This document shows, piece after piece, positions 32,851 to 42,528 of a DNA stretch of 48,257 bases; the stretch's first letter is position 1; the number at the start of each line of letters is the position of its first letter. The notes under the pieces are model-generated. The model saw nothing but the letters and a program-made list of their open reading frames with translations. It made no database searches and was not told where the DNA came from. Position numbers and translations under genes: made by a program. The DNA is from an uncultured Actinomycetes bacterium (GTDB taxonomy: Bacteria > Actinomycetota > Actinomycetes > S36-B12): NCBI GenBank assembly GCA_903918595.1, contig CAIXFB010000269.1:1-48257 (forward strand), in the 5' to 3' direction.

Positions 32851-33078
32851 TTAGGAAACCTTCGCCTTACGGCCCGTGCCCGGCTTTCCCAAACCCATCA
32901 TCACCATGACTTTGCCGACAATGCCTCCCACAACCACCATTGCCACACCTACCCAGAACATTGGCCAATTCCCCAAGATTAAGGCGAGCGTGCCCACGAT
33001 GAATGCAATCGTGATGATGGCCACAACCGTCCAGGCTGCCGGTGTGGATCCGTGAGATTCATGGTCTGGAGTAGTCAT
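32851..33078 (-). CDS. HGxxPAAW-family small membrane protein
   Basis: 75 aa. It has an exact HGSTPAAW signature followed by two TM helices. Confidence 0.7.
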   Translation of the reverse strand: MTTPDHESHGSTPAAWTVVAIITIAFIVGTLALILGNWPMFWVGVAMVVVGGIVGKVMVMMGLGKPGTGRKAKVS

Positions 33079-33086
33079 AAGACCAT

Positions 33087-33608
33087 CTAATCATCAGCGA
33101 GGGTTGGATCGCGCCCAGCATCGAGCGCTTCCCACACAGACTCTTGTTCTGGCGGTTTGGATCCTCGCTCGTACCGTCGACTCAACGTGGGCCATGATCC
33201 CCCACGAACAATGGCAAGAGCCCCACTCACCACCAAGATCAAAGCCGCCACCATCAGGAAAATCCACCACGAGGAGATCGAGCCATCTGAACCGAAGGAG
33301 GAGGGGAAACGAGCACTCTGAATTGCGAGATAGAGCCCGGCAAGGGCAACCACGACGCCTGTGAGAACTCGGCCCACCCTTCGCGTGGCCAGCACCGCGA
33401 GCGCACAGAGGAGGCAGGCCCACGAGGCGGCCGATGCTCCGGTCAATACCTGAGCTCCGGTGAATACCTCTTCAAGAACTGCATTCTCAGCCCCCGGTAA
33501 AACTGGCTCGGTGGTGGTCAGCCAGACTCGATTGAGGGAAAACAGCGCCAGAGCTGCTCCGACAACAATGCTGCTCAGGACGATCGCGTACTCCCGAGCC
33601 CGTGTCAC
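33087..33608 (-). CDS. Trp-biosynthesis-associated membrane protein (trp-operon conserved hypothetical)
   Basis: 173 aa with about 4 TM helices. It lies 10 nt downstream of trpE, the position held by the conserved membrane protein in actinobacterial trp clusters (from memory, Rv1610-like). The assignment rests on context and topology only. Confidence 0.6.
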   Translation of the reverse strand: MTRAREYAIVLSSIVVGAALALFSLNRVWLTTTEPVLPGAENAVLEEVFTGAQVLTGASAASWACLLCALAVLATRRVGRVLTGVVVALAGLYLAIQSARFPSSFGSDGSISSWWIFLMVAALILVVSGALAIVRGGSWPTLSRRYERGSKPPEQESVWEALDAGRDPTLADD

Positions 33609-33618
33609 AACGACCCTC

Positions 33619-35190
33619 CTACTGCGAAACTACTGGTGTCATGGTGGCTGCAGTGGCCACTGCCCGCAGGACTGCTGCCGCTTTGTTGACGCACTCCGCT
33701 GCTTCAGAATCAGGATCTGAATCCGCCACCACTCCGGCTCCAGCCTGCACATGCGCCACACCGTCCTTGATCACTGCAGTCCGGATGGCGATTGCGGTAT
33801 CAAGATTCCCAGCAAAATCCACATAGCCGACGCATCCGCCATACACACCTCGCCGCAGCGTCTCAAGCTCATCGATGATTTCCATAGCTCGTGGCTTTGG
33901 AGCACCAGAGAGCGTGCCCGCCGGGAAAGTAGCAGCCAAAGCATCAAATGCCGTTCGGTCATCAGCGAGTTCGCCGGTGACGGTCGACACCAGATGCATC
34001 ACGTGGGAGTAGCGCTCTACGGACATGAATTCATCAACGGTGACCGTGCCGGGTGCGCATACACGACCCAAGTCATTGCGGGCAAGATCCACCAACATCA
34101 CATGCTCGGCTCGCTCTTTCGCATCATGCAATAGGTCCTCGGCCATTTGCACATCGACAGCAGGTGTGGCACCTCTTGTGCGGGTACCCGCTATCGGATG
34201 AACCGTGCACAAGCCATCAACAACAGTCACCAATGCCTCTGGCGAGGAACCAACGATGTCGAAAGAAACAATCGGATCGAGACCCTGTTCATCACTCATC
34301 AATTCCGATTCAAATTTCGGAAGGCGGACAAGGTACATGTACGGACTTGGATTGGTGGAGCGAAGTGCCCGATACACATCGAGGGAAGACGCTGGGCACG
34401 GAACACTAAACCTCTGCGAGAGCACGACTTGGAATGCGTCTCCTCCGCGCACGTACTCCTGGATCTTTGCAACGTTAGCGGTGTATTCCGCGTGAGAAGT
34501 ATGCGCTTTCACTTCGCTGAGACTGGAACCAGTGAACGTGGAGACCGCCAGATGCCGTGGCGAGACAAGCGCACGCTGCATAACATCAATTCGTTGCACT
34601 GCATCTATCCACGCCGCTTCAGCGCGTTCATCAGATGCGTCGTAATTAATTGCGTTAGCGATCAGGAGGACAGTGCCGTCTGCGTGATCCAACACTGCCA
34701 AATCCGTTGCGAGAAGGAAGCCAAGTTCGGGAATGTTCAAGGTGTTCTCATGCTGATCTGGAACTTTTTCCCAACGCCGGACAGCGTCGTAGGAAAGAAA
34801 GCCAACAAAACCGCCAGTCAAAGGGGGCAGGCCGGGCGAAGATGTGGTTTTCAGGGTTTCTACCGACTCGCGTAAAGCGATGAGTGGATCAGGATCATTG
34901 CTAAGACCAGCAGGTACCCGCCCTGCCCACACTGTCCGCCCGTGCGCCTCCGAGAGCATCGCAGCGCTGCGGACACCCACAAAGGAATAACGAGACCAGG
35001 TGCGCCCTTGTTCTGCTGACTCCAACAAGAAGGTTCCGGCGCGGTCTTCACACAACGCTTCAAACAAACCAACAGCAGTCATGCCGTCGGCTAGGAGCCG
35101 GCGAACCACCGGTATAACTCGAGAATCTTGCGCTCGATGTAGAAAATCTTGTAAGTCCGGACTTGTGACTCCCACTTCGGACTCACTCAC
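33619..35190 (-). CDS. trpE: anthranilate synthase component I
   Basis: 523 aa. Motifs: [26 protein letters not shown]. The GTG start forms a GTGA overlap with the hisI stop. Confidence 0.95.
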   Translation of the reverse strand: MSESEVGVTSPDLQDFLHRAQDSRVIPVVRRLLADGMTAVGLFEALCEDRAGTFLLESAEQGRTWSRYSFVGVRSAAMLSEAHGRTVWAGRVPAGLSNDPDPLIALRESVETLKTTSSPGLPPLTGGFVGFLSYDAVRRWEKVPDQHENTLNIPELGFLLATDLAVLDHADGTVLLIANAINYDASDERAEAAWIDAVQRIDVMQRALVSPRHLAVSTFTGSSLSEVKAHTSHAEYTANVAKIQEYVRGGDAFQVVLSQRFSVPCPASSLDVYRALRSTNPSPYMYLVRLPKFESELMSDEQGLDPIVSFDIVGSSPEALVTVVDGLCTVHPIAGTRTRGATPAVDVQMAEDLLHDAKERAEHVMLVDLARNDLGRVCAPGTVTVDEFMSVERYSHVMHLVSTVTGELADDRTAFDALAATFPAGTLSGAPKPRAMEIIDELETLRRGVYGGCVGYVDFAGNLDTAIAIRTAVIKDGVAHVQAGAGVVADSDPDSEAAECVNKAAAVLRAVATAATMTPVVSQ

Positions 35191-35537
35191 CTGGCACCAA
35201 CGTGTTCAAAACATGTGCGGTCACCTGTGTGGCAGGCGGCACCAGTTTGATCCACCAGCAGCAAAATGGTGTCTCCATCGCAGTCGATTCGGATATCTCG
35301 GACCCTTTGCACATGGCCCGAGGTTTCGCCCTTCACCCATCTGCTCTGCCTGCTGCGCGAAAAGTACGTTGCACTACCAGTAGCAATTGTGTCCCGAAGC
35401 GCTGACTCATCCATCCAGGCCATCATGAGCACCTCACCTGAGTCCCACTGCTGGGCAATGACAGGAACCAGACCCCCTGCACCAAATGACACTGAAGCAA
35501 CGAAGGAGTCCACATCGGGCAACGGCTCGAAAGACAT
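35187..35537 (-). CDS. hisI: phosphoribosyl-AMP cyclohydrolase
   Basis: 116 aa. Motifs: [25 protein letters not shown]. Confidence 0.92.
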   Translation of the reverse strand: MSFEPLPDVDSFVASVSFGAGGLVPVIAQQWDSGEVLMMAWMDESALRDTIATGSATYFSRSRQSRWVKGETSGHVQRVRDIRIDCDGDTILLLVDQTGAACHTGDRTCFEHVGAR

Positions 35538-35572
35538 GACCTCATTCTGCCGGTTCGACTTTTGAGGCGTGA

Positions 35573-36364
35573 TCAGCCCGGCAGTTGGGTTGTGCGTCGC
35601 ACCTCGAACCCGGCGAGAGACAACTCTTCTTTCACCTGGGCTATAGAGACCTTGCCAAAGTGGAAAACGCTTGCCGCTAAAACCGCGTCAGCCCCAGCGC
35701 GCACTGCCTCGACGAAGTGGTGGGGGGCACCCGCTCCCCCGCTCGCAATGATCGGAACCTGCACCGCGGCACGAACAAGGGAGATCAGCTCAAGGTCGAA
35801 ACCATCATTGGTGCCATCTGCGTCCATCGAATTGAGAAGAATCTCCCCCGCACCTCGATCTGCTCCTTCCCGGGCCCACTCAAGGGCATCAATTCGGGTA
35901 CTCGTACGACCGCCGTGCGTGGTGACCTCAAATCCACTCGGAGTGGTGACGCCATCTGGACAGCGGCGGGCATCAACGGAAAGCACCACACACTGTGCAC
36001 CGAATCTGCGGGCGGCTCGATCCAGCAATTCTGGATCGTTGATCGCCGCTGTGTTGACGCTGACTTTGTCAGCACCTTCACGGAGTAACCGATCAAAATC
36101 GTCGACGTGCCTGACCCCACCGCCAACGGTGAGCGGAATGAACACCGATTCAGCCGTGCGCCGCACCACATCGAACATGGTCGACCTATCACCACTTGAT
36201 GCTGTGATGTCTAGGAACACAAGTTCGTCGGCACCTGCTAGGTCATAGGCAGCTGCGAGCTCGACTGGATCCCCAGCATCTCGAAGGTTCTCGAAATTCA
36301 CACCTTTGACTACTCGACCGGCATCGACGTCGAGGCAAGGAATCACACGAACCGAAAGGCTCAC
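35573..36364 (-). CDS. hisF: imidazole glycerol phosphate synthase cyclase subunit
   Basis: Motifs: [21 protein letters not shown] trimmed the start to the GTG at 36364..36362, which forms a GTGA overlap with the upstream stop. Confidence 0.94.
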   Translation of the reverse strand: MSLSVRVIPCLDVDAGRVVKGVNFENLRDAGDPVELAAAYDLAGADELVFLDITASSGDRSTMFDVVRRTAESVFIPLTVGGGVRHVDDFDRLLREGADKVSVNTAAINDPELLDRAARRFGAQCVVLSVDARRCPDGVTTPSGFEVTTHGGRTSTRIDALEWAREGADRGAGEILLNSMDADGTNDGFDLELISLVRAAVQVPIIASGGAGAPHHFVEAVRAGADAVLAASVFHFGKVSIAQVKEELSLAGFEVRRTTQLPG

Positions 36365-37134
36365 GGGCGCGCAGGGCCCCATTCGTATGGATCAAAACGG
36401 GGCTCGATGGAAGCGATCGCTTCTGCAAGTGAGAAGGCGCCATCGTACAAAGCGCGACCGACGATTGCTCCCTCGATACCGATGTCCATCATGTCAACCA
36501 ACTTGTGCAGATCTTCTAATCGCGCGATGCCACCTGATGCGACCACCGGCTTTGAGGTGACGTGACACACATCTTTGAGTAGATGAAAATTCGGGCCGTG
36601 CATAGTTCCATCTTTCGCAACATCAGTGACCACATAGCGAGCGCAACCCGCTACATCCAAGCGGCCAATGGTCTCCCACAAATCACCACCGTCTTCGGTC
36701 CAGCCTCGCGCTGAGAGCGTGGAGCCACGAACATCAAGCCCCACTGCAATTCGATCTCCGAATTCGCCGATGACACGCTCAGTCCAATCCGGATCCTCCA
36801 ATGCGGCGGTCCCGAGGTTCACGCGAGTGCAACCGGTGGCAAGCGCAGCCCGCAGCGACTCGTCATTTCGAATGCCACCGGATAACTCCACCTTCACTTC
36901 ACCGCGAACCCTGTGCACCACCTGAGCAATCAGTTCGGCATTGGAACCGCGGCCAAAGGCAGCGTCAAGATCTACCAGGTGAATCCACTCAGCGCCCTGC
37001 TCAACCCACGAAAGGGCAGCATCAATTGGAGAGCCATACGTGGTTTCTGTTCCTGCCTTGCCCTGAACTAGGCGAACGGCCTGGCCGTCAGCAACGTCGA
37101 CAGCGGGCAAAAGGTCAAAAGTGGGCTTTTTCAC
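36361..37134 (-). CDS. hisA: phosphoribosyl isomerase A (HisA; PriA-type, probably dual HisA/TrpF)
   Basis: 257 aa. [21 protein letters not shown]...[16 protein letters not shown]...ELSGGIR closely resembles the mycobacterial PriA sequence as I recall it. Dual specificity is inferred from lineage and from the lack of trpF in the local trp cluster. Confidence 0.88.
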   Translation of the reverse strand: MKKPTFDLLPAVDVADGQAVRLVQGKAGTETTYGSPIDAALSWVEQGAEWIHLVDLDAAFGRGSNAELIAQVVHRVRGEVKVELSGGIRNDESLRAALATGCTRVNLGTAALEDPDWTERVIGEFGDRIAVGLDVRGSTLSARGWTEDGGDLWETIGRLDVAGCARYVVTDVAKDGTMHGPNFHLLKDVCHVTSKPVVASGGIARLEDLHKLVDMMDIGIEGAIVGRALYDGAFSLAEAIASIEPRFDPYEWGPARP

Positions 37135-37144
37135 GTCTCATACC

Positions 37145-37789
37145 CTACTCACTCAGCCATGAGATCCAGTTGCGCAACAACTGTGCTCCCGCATCACCTG
37201 ATTTTTCCGGATGGAACTGCGTGGCCATCAGCGCACCATTTTCAACCGCCGAGACGAATCGCTGCCCGTACTCGGTCCAGGTCACCGACGGCGGCGTTCG
37301 ATTCGGGTCTCCCTCAGACAAATCCCACGAAGTCACCCCATAGGAATGTACGAAATAGAAGCTCTCCTGCTCGACTCCTTCAAACAGAATCGAGTTCGGC
37401 GGCGCGTCGACTGTGTTCCAGCCCATATGTGGCAAAACCGGCGCATCGAGTCGCTGAACCACCCCTGGCCACTGGTCCAAACCGGCAACGTCTTCGCCAT
37501 GTTCGACACCTTGCGAGAACATCACCTGCATGCCCACGCAAATCCCCAGAACTGGTCGGCCACCAGCGAGGCGCCGGTCAACGATGAGGTCACCATTGAT
37601 GCTTCGAATTCCAGACATACAGGCAGCGAATGCACCAACTCCAGGAACAACCAGACCTGCAGCTTCACTGCAGATATCAGGGTCAGAAGTGACGACCACT
37701 TCTGCTCCCGCCCTCATCAACGCCCGTTGCGCAGAACGCATATTCCCCGAGCCGTAGTCAAGTACCGCGATCAATGGCGACGAAGTCAC
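37145..37789 (-). CDS. hisH: imidazole glycerol phosphate synthase glutaminase subunit
   Basis: 214 aa. Motifs: [27 protein letters not shown]. Confidence 0.93.
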   Translation of the reverse strand: MTSSPLIAVLDYGSGNMRSAQRALMRAGAEVVVTSDPDICSEAAGLVVPGVGAFAACMSGIRSINGDLIVDRRLAGGRPVLGICVGMQVMFSQGVEHGEDVAGLDQWPGVVQRLDAPVLPHMGWNTVDAPPNSILFEGVEQESFYFVHSYGVTSWDLSEGDPNRTPPSVTWTEYGQRFVSAVENGALMATQFHPEKSGDAGAQLLRNWISWLSE

Positions 37790-38382
37790 GACGCGGTCAA
37801 AGTGCCCTTAGTCGAGGGAACTCCCACGACCCGCGGATCAAAGGAAATAGCCTCGCGAAGGGAGCGTGCAACAGATTTGAACTGAGCTTCGACCACGTGA
37901 TGAGCATTGCGACCCGACAAGACTCGCACATGAAGGGTTATCTGAGATGTCGCCACGATGGACTCCCAAATGTGTCTGGTCAACGTGGTATCGAATGAGC
38001 CAATGAGCTCGACCAGGTCTGGTTCTTCATGGACGAGGTAGGGCCGGCCGGAGAGGTCGATCGCTGACTGCACAAGGCATTCGTCCAAGGGCACCAGTGC
38101 GTCGCCGTAACGGCGGAGCCCAGCCCGATCACCGAGTGCCGCGTTGAGTGCTTGGCCAACAGCGAGTGAAGTGTCTTCGACGGTGTGGTGCGCGTCAACT
38201 TCAAGGTCGCCCTTGGTACGCACCGTCAGATCGAGTCCCCCGTGCTTGGCGAGTTGGGCCAGCATGTGGTCAAAGAAGGGGACACCCGTTTCGATGCTGC
38301 TCGCTCCGGTGCCATCCAACTCGAGCTCTACGAGGACTTCGCTCTCCTTGGTATTGCGCTCAATGCGCGCGGTACGACTCAT
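37786..38382 (-). CDS. hisB: imidazoleglycerol-phosphate dehydratase
   Basis: 198 aa. Motifs: [23 protein letters not shown]. Confidence 0.95.
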   Translation of the reverse strand: MSRTARIERNTKESEVLVELELDGTGASSIETGVPFFDHMLAQLAKHGGLDLTVRTKGDLEVDAHHTVEDTSLAVGQALNAALGDRAGLRRYGDALVPLDECLVQSAIDLSGRPYLVHEEPDLVELIGSFDTTLTRHIWESIVATSQITLHVRVLSGRNAHHVVEAQFKSVARSLREAISFDPRVVGVPSTKGTLTAS

Positions 38383-39485
38383 TGGTCCTCTTTCGCTCGA
38401 AGAAGTGCGTCCCTAAACATAGCGTTCTCCTCAGGAGTTCCCACGCTCACCCGAAGCCATTGGGGCGGCCCGGTTTCGCGGACGAGCACCCCGTTTTCCA
38501 ACAGGCGCTGCCACACCGCATGGCGATCTACAAATGTGCCGAAAAGAATGAAATTGGCATCGCTCTGGGCAACATCGAATCCTTGGGCCGCTAACCATTG
38601 AGCGAGAGCATCCCGCTCCGATCGAATGAGGTGGACTTGGGCGGTGAGCAATTCCGAATTGGAGAGCGCAGCCATGGCTACCGCCTGGGTTATAGCCGAA
38701 AGGTGGTACGGCAAACGCACTACCTTCAGCACATCAACCACCCGCGGATCAGCGACGAGCGCGTAGCCAAGGCGGGCACCTGCCAATCCGAATGCCTTGC
38801 TCATTGTTCGCGTAATGATGAGATTCGGGAACTCATCAAGCAGCTCACAAGCGCTCGGCACACCGTCTCTCCGGAACTCGGCATACGCCTCATCCACGAC
38901 GACCATTGCGCCGTGGGTGAGGGCCGCCTGCGCAATTACCCGAGTATCCAAGAGGTCTTGGCTGGTCCCGGTCGGATTATTTGGTGAGGTCAAGATGACT
39001 ATCGATGGACGCAGATCAGCGATCGCGTCGACCGCGCGCTTGACGTCAACGGTGAAATCTGGCAACCGAGGAAGCACCCGGAAGTCTGTAAATGTGTCTC
39101 GGGCATATTCCGGGTACATCGAATACGTGGGTTCAAACGTCAGGGCGCGTCGACCCGGGCCGCCGAATGCCAAAAAGATCTGATGCATCACCTCATTGGA
39201 GCCGTTCGCCGCCCACACCTGATCAACGGGGAGCTCAACACCACAATCTTTGACAATGAATTCAGCAAGTGCTGCACGGAGTTCCACCGCATCACGTTCC
39301 GGGTAACGATTGAGTTCCTGCGCTGCACTACGCACTGCTTCAGCTATTGCATTGACAACGGAATCTGGCAGCGGAAACGGATTCTCGTTGACATTTAGTC
39401 TGGCGGCCACATCGAGTTGCGGTGCACCATATGCGGAAATTCCCACGAGGTCCGCGCGCACTGGCGGAACAAACTCGGTACTCAT
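38379..39485 (-). CDS. hisC: histidinol-phosphate aminotransferase
   Basis: 368 aa. Motifs: SPNNPTG, and the PLP-lysine context [16 protein letters not shown]. Confidence 0.92.
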   Translation of the reverse strand: MSTEFVPPVRADLVGISAYGAPQLDVAARLNVNENPFPLPDSVVNAIAEAVRSAAQELNRYPERDAVELRAALAEFIVKDCGVELPVDQVWAANGSNEVMHQIFLAFGGPGRRALTFEPTYSMYPEYARDTFTDFRVLPRLPDFTVDVKRAVDAIADLRPSIVILTSPNNPTGTSQDLLDTRVIAQAALTHGAMVVVDEAYAEFRRDGVPSACELLDEFPNLIITRTMSKAFGLAGARLGYALVADPRVVDVLKVVRLPYHLSAITQAVAMAALSNSELLTAQVHLIRSERDALAQWLAAQGFDVAQSDANFILFGTFVDRHAVWQRLLENGVLVRETGPPQWLRVSVGTPEENAMFRDALLRAKEDQ

Positions 39486-40813
39486 TGTGTACGTTCGATT
39501 GCTGGGCCACCATCAAAACGAATGGATATCGCCTGGCCATGTGCTGGTAAATCCTCGGCGTGTGACAGAGCCAATACATGGTTCGCAACATCAGCAAGCG
39601 CTTGCTCGTTGTAATCAATAACATGCACACCGCGCAGGAAGGATTGCACCGAAAGGCCCGATGAATTACGTGCGGACCCCATCGTCGGAAGAACGTGATT
39701 GGAGCCGGCGCAGTAATCACCCAAAGAAACTGGGGACCATGTACCGACAAAGATCGCACCCGCGTGTCTGATCCGCATGGCCACTTCGCGGGCATTTCGG
39801 GTGTGGATTTCAAGGTGTTCAGCCGCGTAGGCGTCGATTACCCGAATCCCTGTTTCAAGATCATCCACCACAACGATGGCACTTTGCGCACCGCTGAGCG
39901 CTTCGGTGATCCGGGCACTGTGTTTGGTGAGGGCCACCTGCGCGGTGACCTCAGCCTCGACCGCATCAGCCAGCTCCACACTTGTCGTTACCAAAACGGC
40001 CGCCGCAATCACGTCGTGCTCCGCTTGACTGATCAGGTCAGCAGCAACGTGGCGTGCATCAGCTGAGTCGTCGGCAAGAATCGCCACCTCAGTAGGGCCA
40101 GCCTCCGAGTCGATCCCAATAACTCCTTGCAGTTCCCGCTTAGCAGCGGTGACATAGATGTTTCCTGGGCCAGTGACAAGGTCAACCGGTTCGCACCGTG
40201 TTCCATCGGGCAGATCGACTCCGTACGCCAACATTGCAATTGCCTGCGCCCCGCCCACCGCATAAACCTCTTCAACCCCGAGCAGCGAACAGGCTGCCAA
40301 GATTGTGGGATGCGGCCAGCCACCGAAATCAGGTTGGGGCGGCGAGACGACGGCCAGCGATGCGACCCCAGCCACCTGAGCAGGGACCACGTTCATGATC
40401 ACGCTACTTGGGTAAACGGCACGGCCGCCGGGCACATATAAACCGACCCGATCCACGGGTATCCAACGCTCAGTCACCGATCCACCCGGTACCACCACGG
40501 TGGTGATGTCGGTTCGGCGTTGATCCAGGTGAACCTTCCGGGCGCGTGCGATGGATTCCAGGAGGGCGGCCCGAACATCGGGTTCAAGCCCCTGTTCTGC
40601 CTCCCGTAACTGCTCGAAAGGCACCCGAAGCGCTGGTGGACGGACCTTGTCGAGTTTTTCACTCCACTCGAGTACAGCCTCGGCGCCGCGCTGCTTGACA
40701 TCGCTCAAAATCGGACGGATTTTGGCCGTCGCGTCAGCAACATCCATGGCGGCGCGGGGCACCACTGAGCGAGCGTCAACGTTGGTATCTCGAAGGTCCA
40801 CGCGCCTGATCAT
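39482..40813 (-). CDS. hisD: histidinol dehydrogenase
   Basis: Motifs: [19 protein letters not shown] trimmed the start to the ATG at 40813..40811 (MIRRVDLRD), which matches the usual MxxRIDLRG N-terminus. The 31 extra codons in the ORF track would cross the divergent gene. Confidence 0.94.
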   Translation of the reverse strand: MIRRVDLRDTNVDARSVVPRAAMDVADATAKIRPILSDVKQRGAEAVLEWSEKLDKVRPPALRVPFEQLREAEQGLEPDVRAALLESIARARKVHLDQRRTDITTVVVPGGSVTERWIPVDRVGLYVPGGRAVYPSSVIMNVVPAQVAGVASLAVVSPPQPDFGGWPHPTILAACSLLGVEEVYAVGGAQAIAMLAYGVDLPDGTRCEPVDLVTGPGNIYVTAAKRELQGVIGIDSEAGPTEVAILADDSADARHVAADLISQAEHDVIAAAVLVTTSVELADAVEAEVTAQVALTKHSARITEALSGAQSAIVVVDDLETGIRVIDAYAAEHLEIHTRNAREVAMRIRHAGAIFVGTWSPVSLGDYCAGSNHVLPTMGSARNSSGLSVQSFLRGVHVIDYNEQALADVANHVLALSHAEDLPAHGQAISIRFDGGPAIERTQ

Positions 40814-40837
40814 GTGCAGGAGTTTACGCTCCATCTT

Positions 40838-41506
40838 GTGACAACCACTCTGCCGCTGTTTCCCATCAATATTGTGCTCGTGCCCGGGCTGGTTGTCCCC
40901 CTCCATATTTTCGAGCCGCGCTATCGCCTCATGGTCAATGAGCTACTTGCCATCGAGGACGAGGATCAACGCGAATTTGGGATTGTGGCTGTCCGAGAGG
41001 GTCGAACCTTCGAGAGCCACGGACGTGAGGCTTTCTATCCGATAGGTGTCTCCGCCGCGATCCGGGAGTGTGACGAGTTACCGGATGGGAGATTCGATCT
41101 GGTCACGACAGGCAATCGCAGATTCCATCTGCTCGCAGTTGATGATTCGGCACCCCTGCTACGGGCCGAAGTGGACTTCATTGGAGAAGTCGATGAGGGG
41201 AGTGAAGATCTTGCCCCAATCCTTGCCCGCGAATTCCTGCTCTATCGGTCTGCGTTAGCGGGCCGCCTTCACGATGAAGTGAGCGATCTTGACGAAACAC
41301 CAAGCGATGCCACCATTCTCAGTTTTCTCATCACTGCAGCCATGGTGCTGCCCATGGATCAACGGCAGTGGTTGCTCGGCGCCCCAGACACCGCGGAACG
41401 ACTCAGGCGCGCCCGCACTTTGCTCCGTTCTGAAACAGCGTTGATCGAGGCTCTTTCAATGGTGCCGGCGGTCGACCCACATCTCCATTCACCATCAATG
41501 AACTGA
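40838..41506 (+). CDS. Lon N-terminal (substrate-binding) domain protein
   Basis: [28 protein letters not shown] is the hallmark start of the LON substrate-binding domain. There is no ATPase or protease domain. The start is either the GTG at 40838 (preferred) or the GTG at 40814 (ORF track). Confidence 0.75.
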   Translation: MTTTLPLFPINIVLVPGLVVPLHIFEPRYRLMVNELLAIEDEDQREFGIVAVREGRTFESHGREAFYPIGVSAAIRECDELPDGRFDLVTTGNRRFHLLAVDDSAPLLRAEVDFIGEVDEGSEDLAPILAREFLLYRSALAGRLHDEVSDLDETPSDATILSFLITAAMVLPMDQRQWLLGAPDTAERLRRARTLLRSETALIEALSMVPAVDPHLHSPSMN

Positions 41507-41527
41507 ATCTGAATAACCAACACTTCG

Positions 41528-42052
41528 ATGGCGAAGAATAAAGCTCCACGCGGGAAAGGAACGCCAGCAACCCTGGCGTTATTGGACGCAGGCATTGCCT
41601 TCACGATGCACAACTACGAGCACAATCCCGCATCTACCAGCTACGGGATTGAAGCCGCCGACGCACTCGGCTTGAAAACCTCCGAAGTCTTCAAAACACT
41701 CATAGTCATGGTCGATGCACAGCCACACGTTGCCGTTCTGCCCGTCGATTGCAGCCTCAGCATGAAAATGATCGCGAAGGCAGTCGGTGGCAAACATGCA
41801 GAAATGGCACCGGCTGATGTTGCCCAACGCGTAACCGGATACGTCCTGGGCGGCATTAGCCCGATCGGACAGCGCTCACAACTGCCTACTGTGGTTGATA
41901 GCAGTGTGCTCGGCCTCGAACATGTCTACGTTTCTGGTGGAGCCAGAGGATTTGATGTGGGCTTAATCCCTGAGGATCTCCTGAAGGCTACGAGTGGGAC
42001 AGTCGCGCAGATCGCCGTTGGGCAAGCCAGTCCCCCAGCGCCAACAACGTAA
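41528..42052 (+). CDS. ybaK: Cys-tRNA(Pro)/Cys-tRNA(Cys) deacylase, YbaK family
   Basis: 174 aa. N-terminal TPATLALLDAGIAFTMHNYEH and an internal GYVLGGISPIG are typical of YbaK/EbsC trans-editing domains. Confidence 0.82.
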   Translation: MAKNKAPRGKGTPATLALLDAGIAFTMHNYEHNPASTSYGIEAADALGLKTSEVFKTLIVMVDAQPHVAVLPVDCSLSMKMIAKAVGGKHAEMAPADVAQRVTGYVLGGISPIGQRSQLPTVVDSSVLGLEHVYVSGGARGFDVGLIPEDLLKATSGTVAQIAVGQASPPAPTT

Positions 42053-42503
42053 CGATGATCGCAGCAACCAAGGGCCACACGACAAATGCCGCGGGCAGTG
42101 AAACCGATAGCGGGCCATCGACCACGATTTCTGCCTCGGTTGTGCCCACCAGGCCCTCAACGTCAACTGAACCGAGTCGAGTTCCTACGAACCACATGAC
42201 GGAAGTGCCAATCGCTCCGGAGATAAGTGCTGCAGCCAAGACTCCAAGCAAGTCTTCACGGCGCATTCTGGCGAGGCCAACCGTGACGATGATCCCGGCA
42301 ACCAAGGCAAGCACCATGAATGCAACGTCTGCTGCAAAAAAGCCCTCTGGCTGAAAACCGTCGGGGCGTACATCGCTCCCGTTCACTACAACCGGCACTC
42401 TGGGGGCCAATTGCCACCACAAAACGCCTAGGGCTGCACCTACCAGCGCGCCCATGATGATGCCGGCGCCGATGACCGCACTGGCGCGTTTTTTCACAGT
42501 CAT
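41988..42503 (-). CDS. hypothetical 4-TM membrane protein (possibly DUF2567-like)
   Basis: 171 aa with four predicted TM helices. It lies 25 nt downstream of dnaE on the same strand. Its last 65 nt overlap the ybaK 3' end convergently. The family assignment is tentative. Confidence 0.5.
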   Translation of the reverse strand: MTVKKRASAVIGAGIIMGALVGAALGVLWWQLAPRVPVVVNGSDVRPDGFQPEGFFAADVAFMVLALVAGIIVTVGLARMRREDLLGVLAAALISGAIGTSVMWFVGTRLGSVDVEGLVGTTEAEIVVDGPLSVSLPAAFVVWPLVAAIIVTLLALGDWLAQRRSARLSHS

Positions 42504-42528
42504 GAATTCACCAGCACCGGAGCAAGGA

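Noticed and set aside
30261-33078. The two-component module as a horizontally acquired island or mobile element
   Set aside because: There is no integrase, transposase, flanking direct repeat or tRNA. Composition looks like the surrounding DNA by eye, and the genes are translationally coupled into the local array.
35187-35260. Trp leader peptide or attenuator, or a T-box, ahead of trpE or trpC
   Set aside because: The trpE start overlaps the hisI stop, and trpC is 22 nt from the preceding CDS. No free leader region and no tandem-Trp mini-ORF is visible.
40814-40906. N-terminal extensions in the ORF track: fmt to 1098, gmk to 7322, pyrR to 18000, gltD to 21043, gltB to 25577, trpC to 30310, HK to 32125, hisF to 36382, hisD to 40906, the pyr membrane protein to 15240
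   Set aside because: The longest-ORF starts run into the upstream gene or add residues that do not match the conserved N-termini. Internal ATG or GTG codons give canonical N-termini and classic ATGA/GTGA coupling, so I trimmed the starts.
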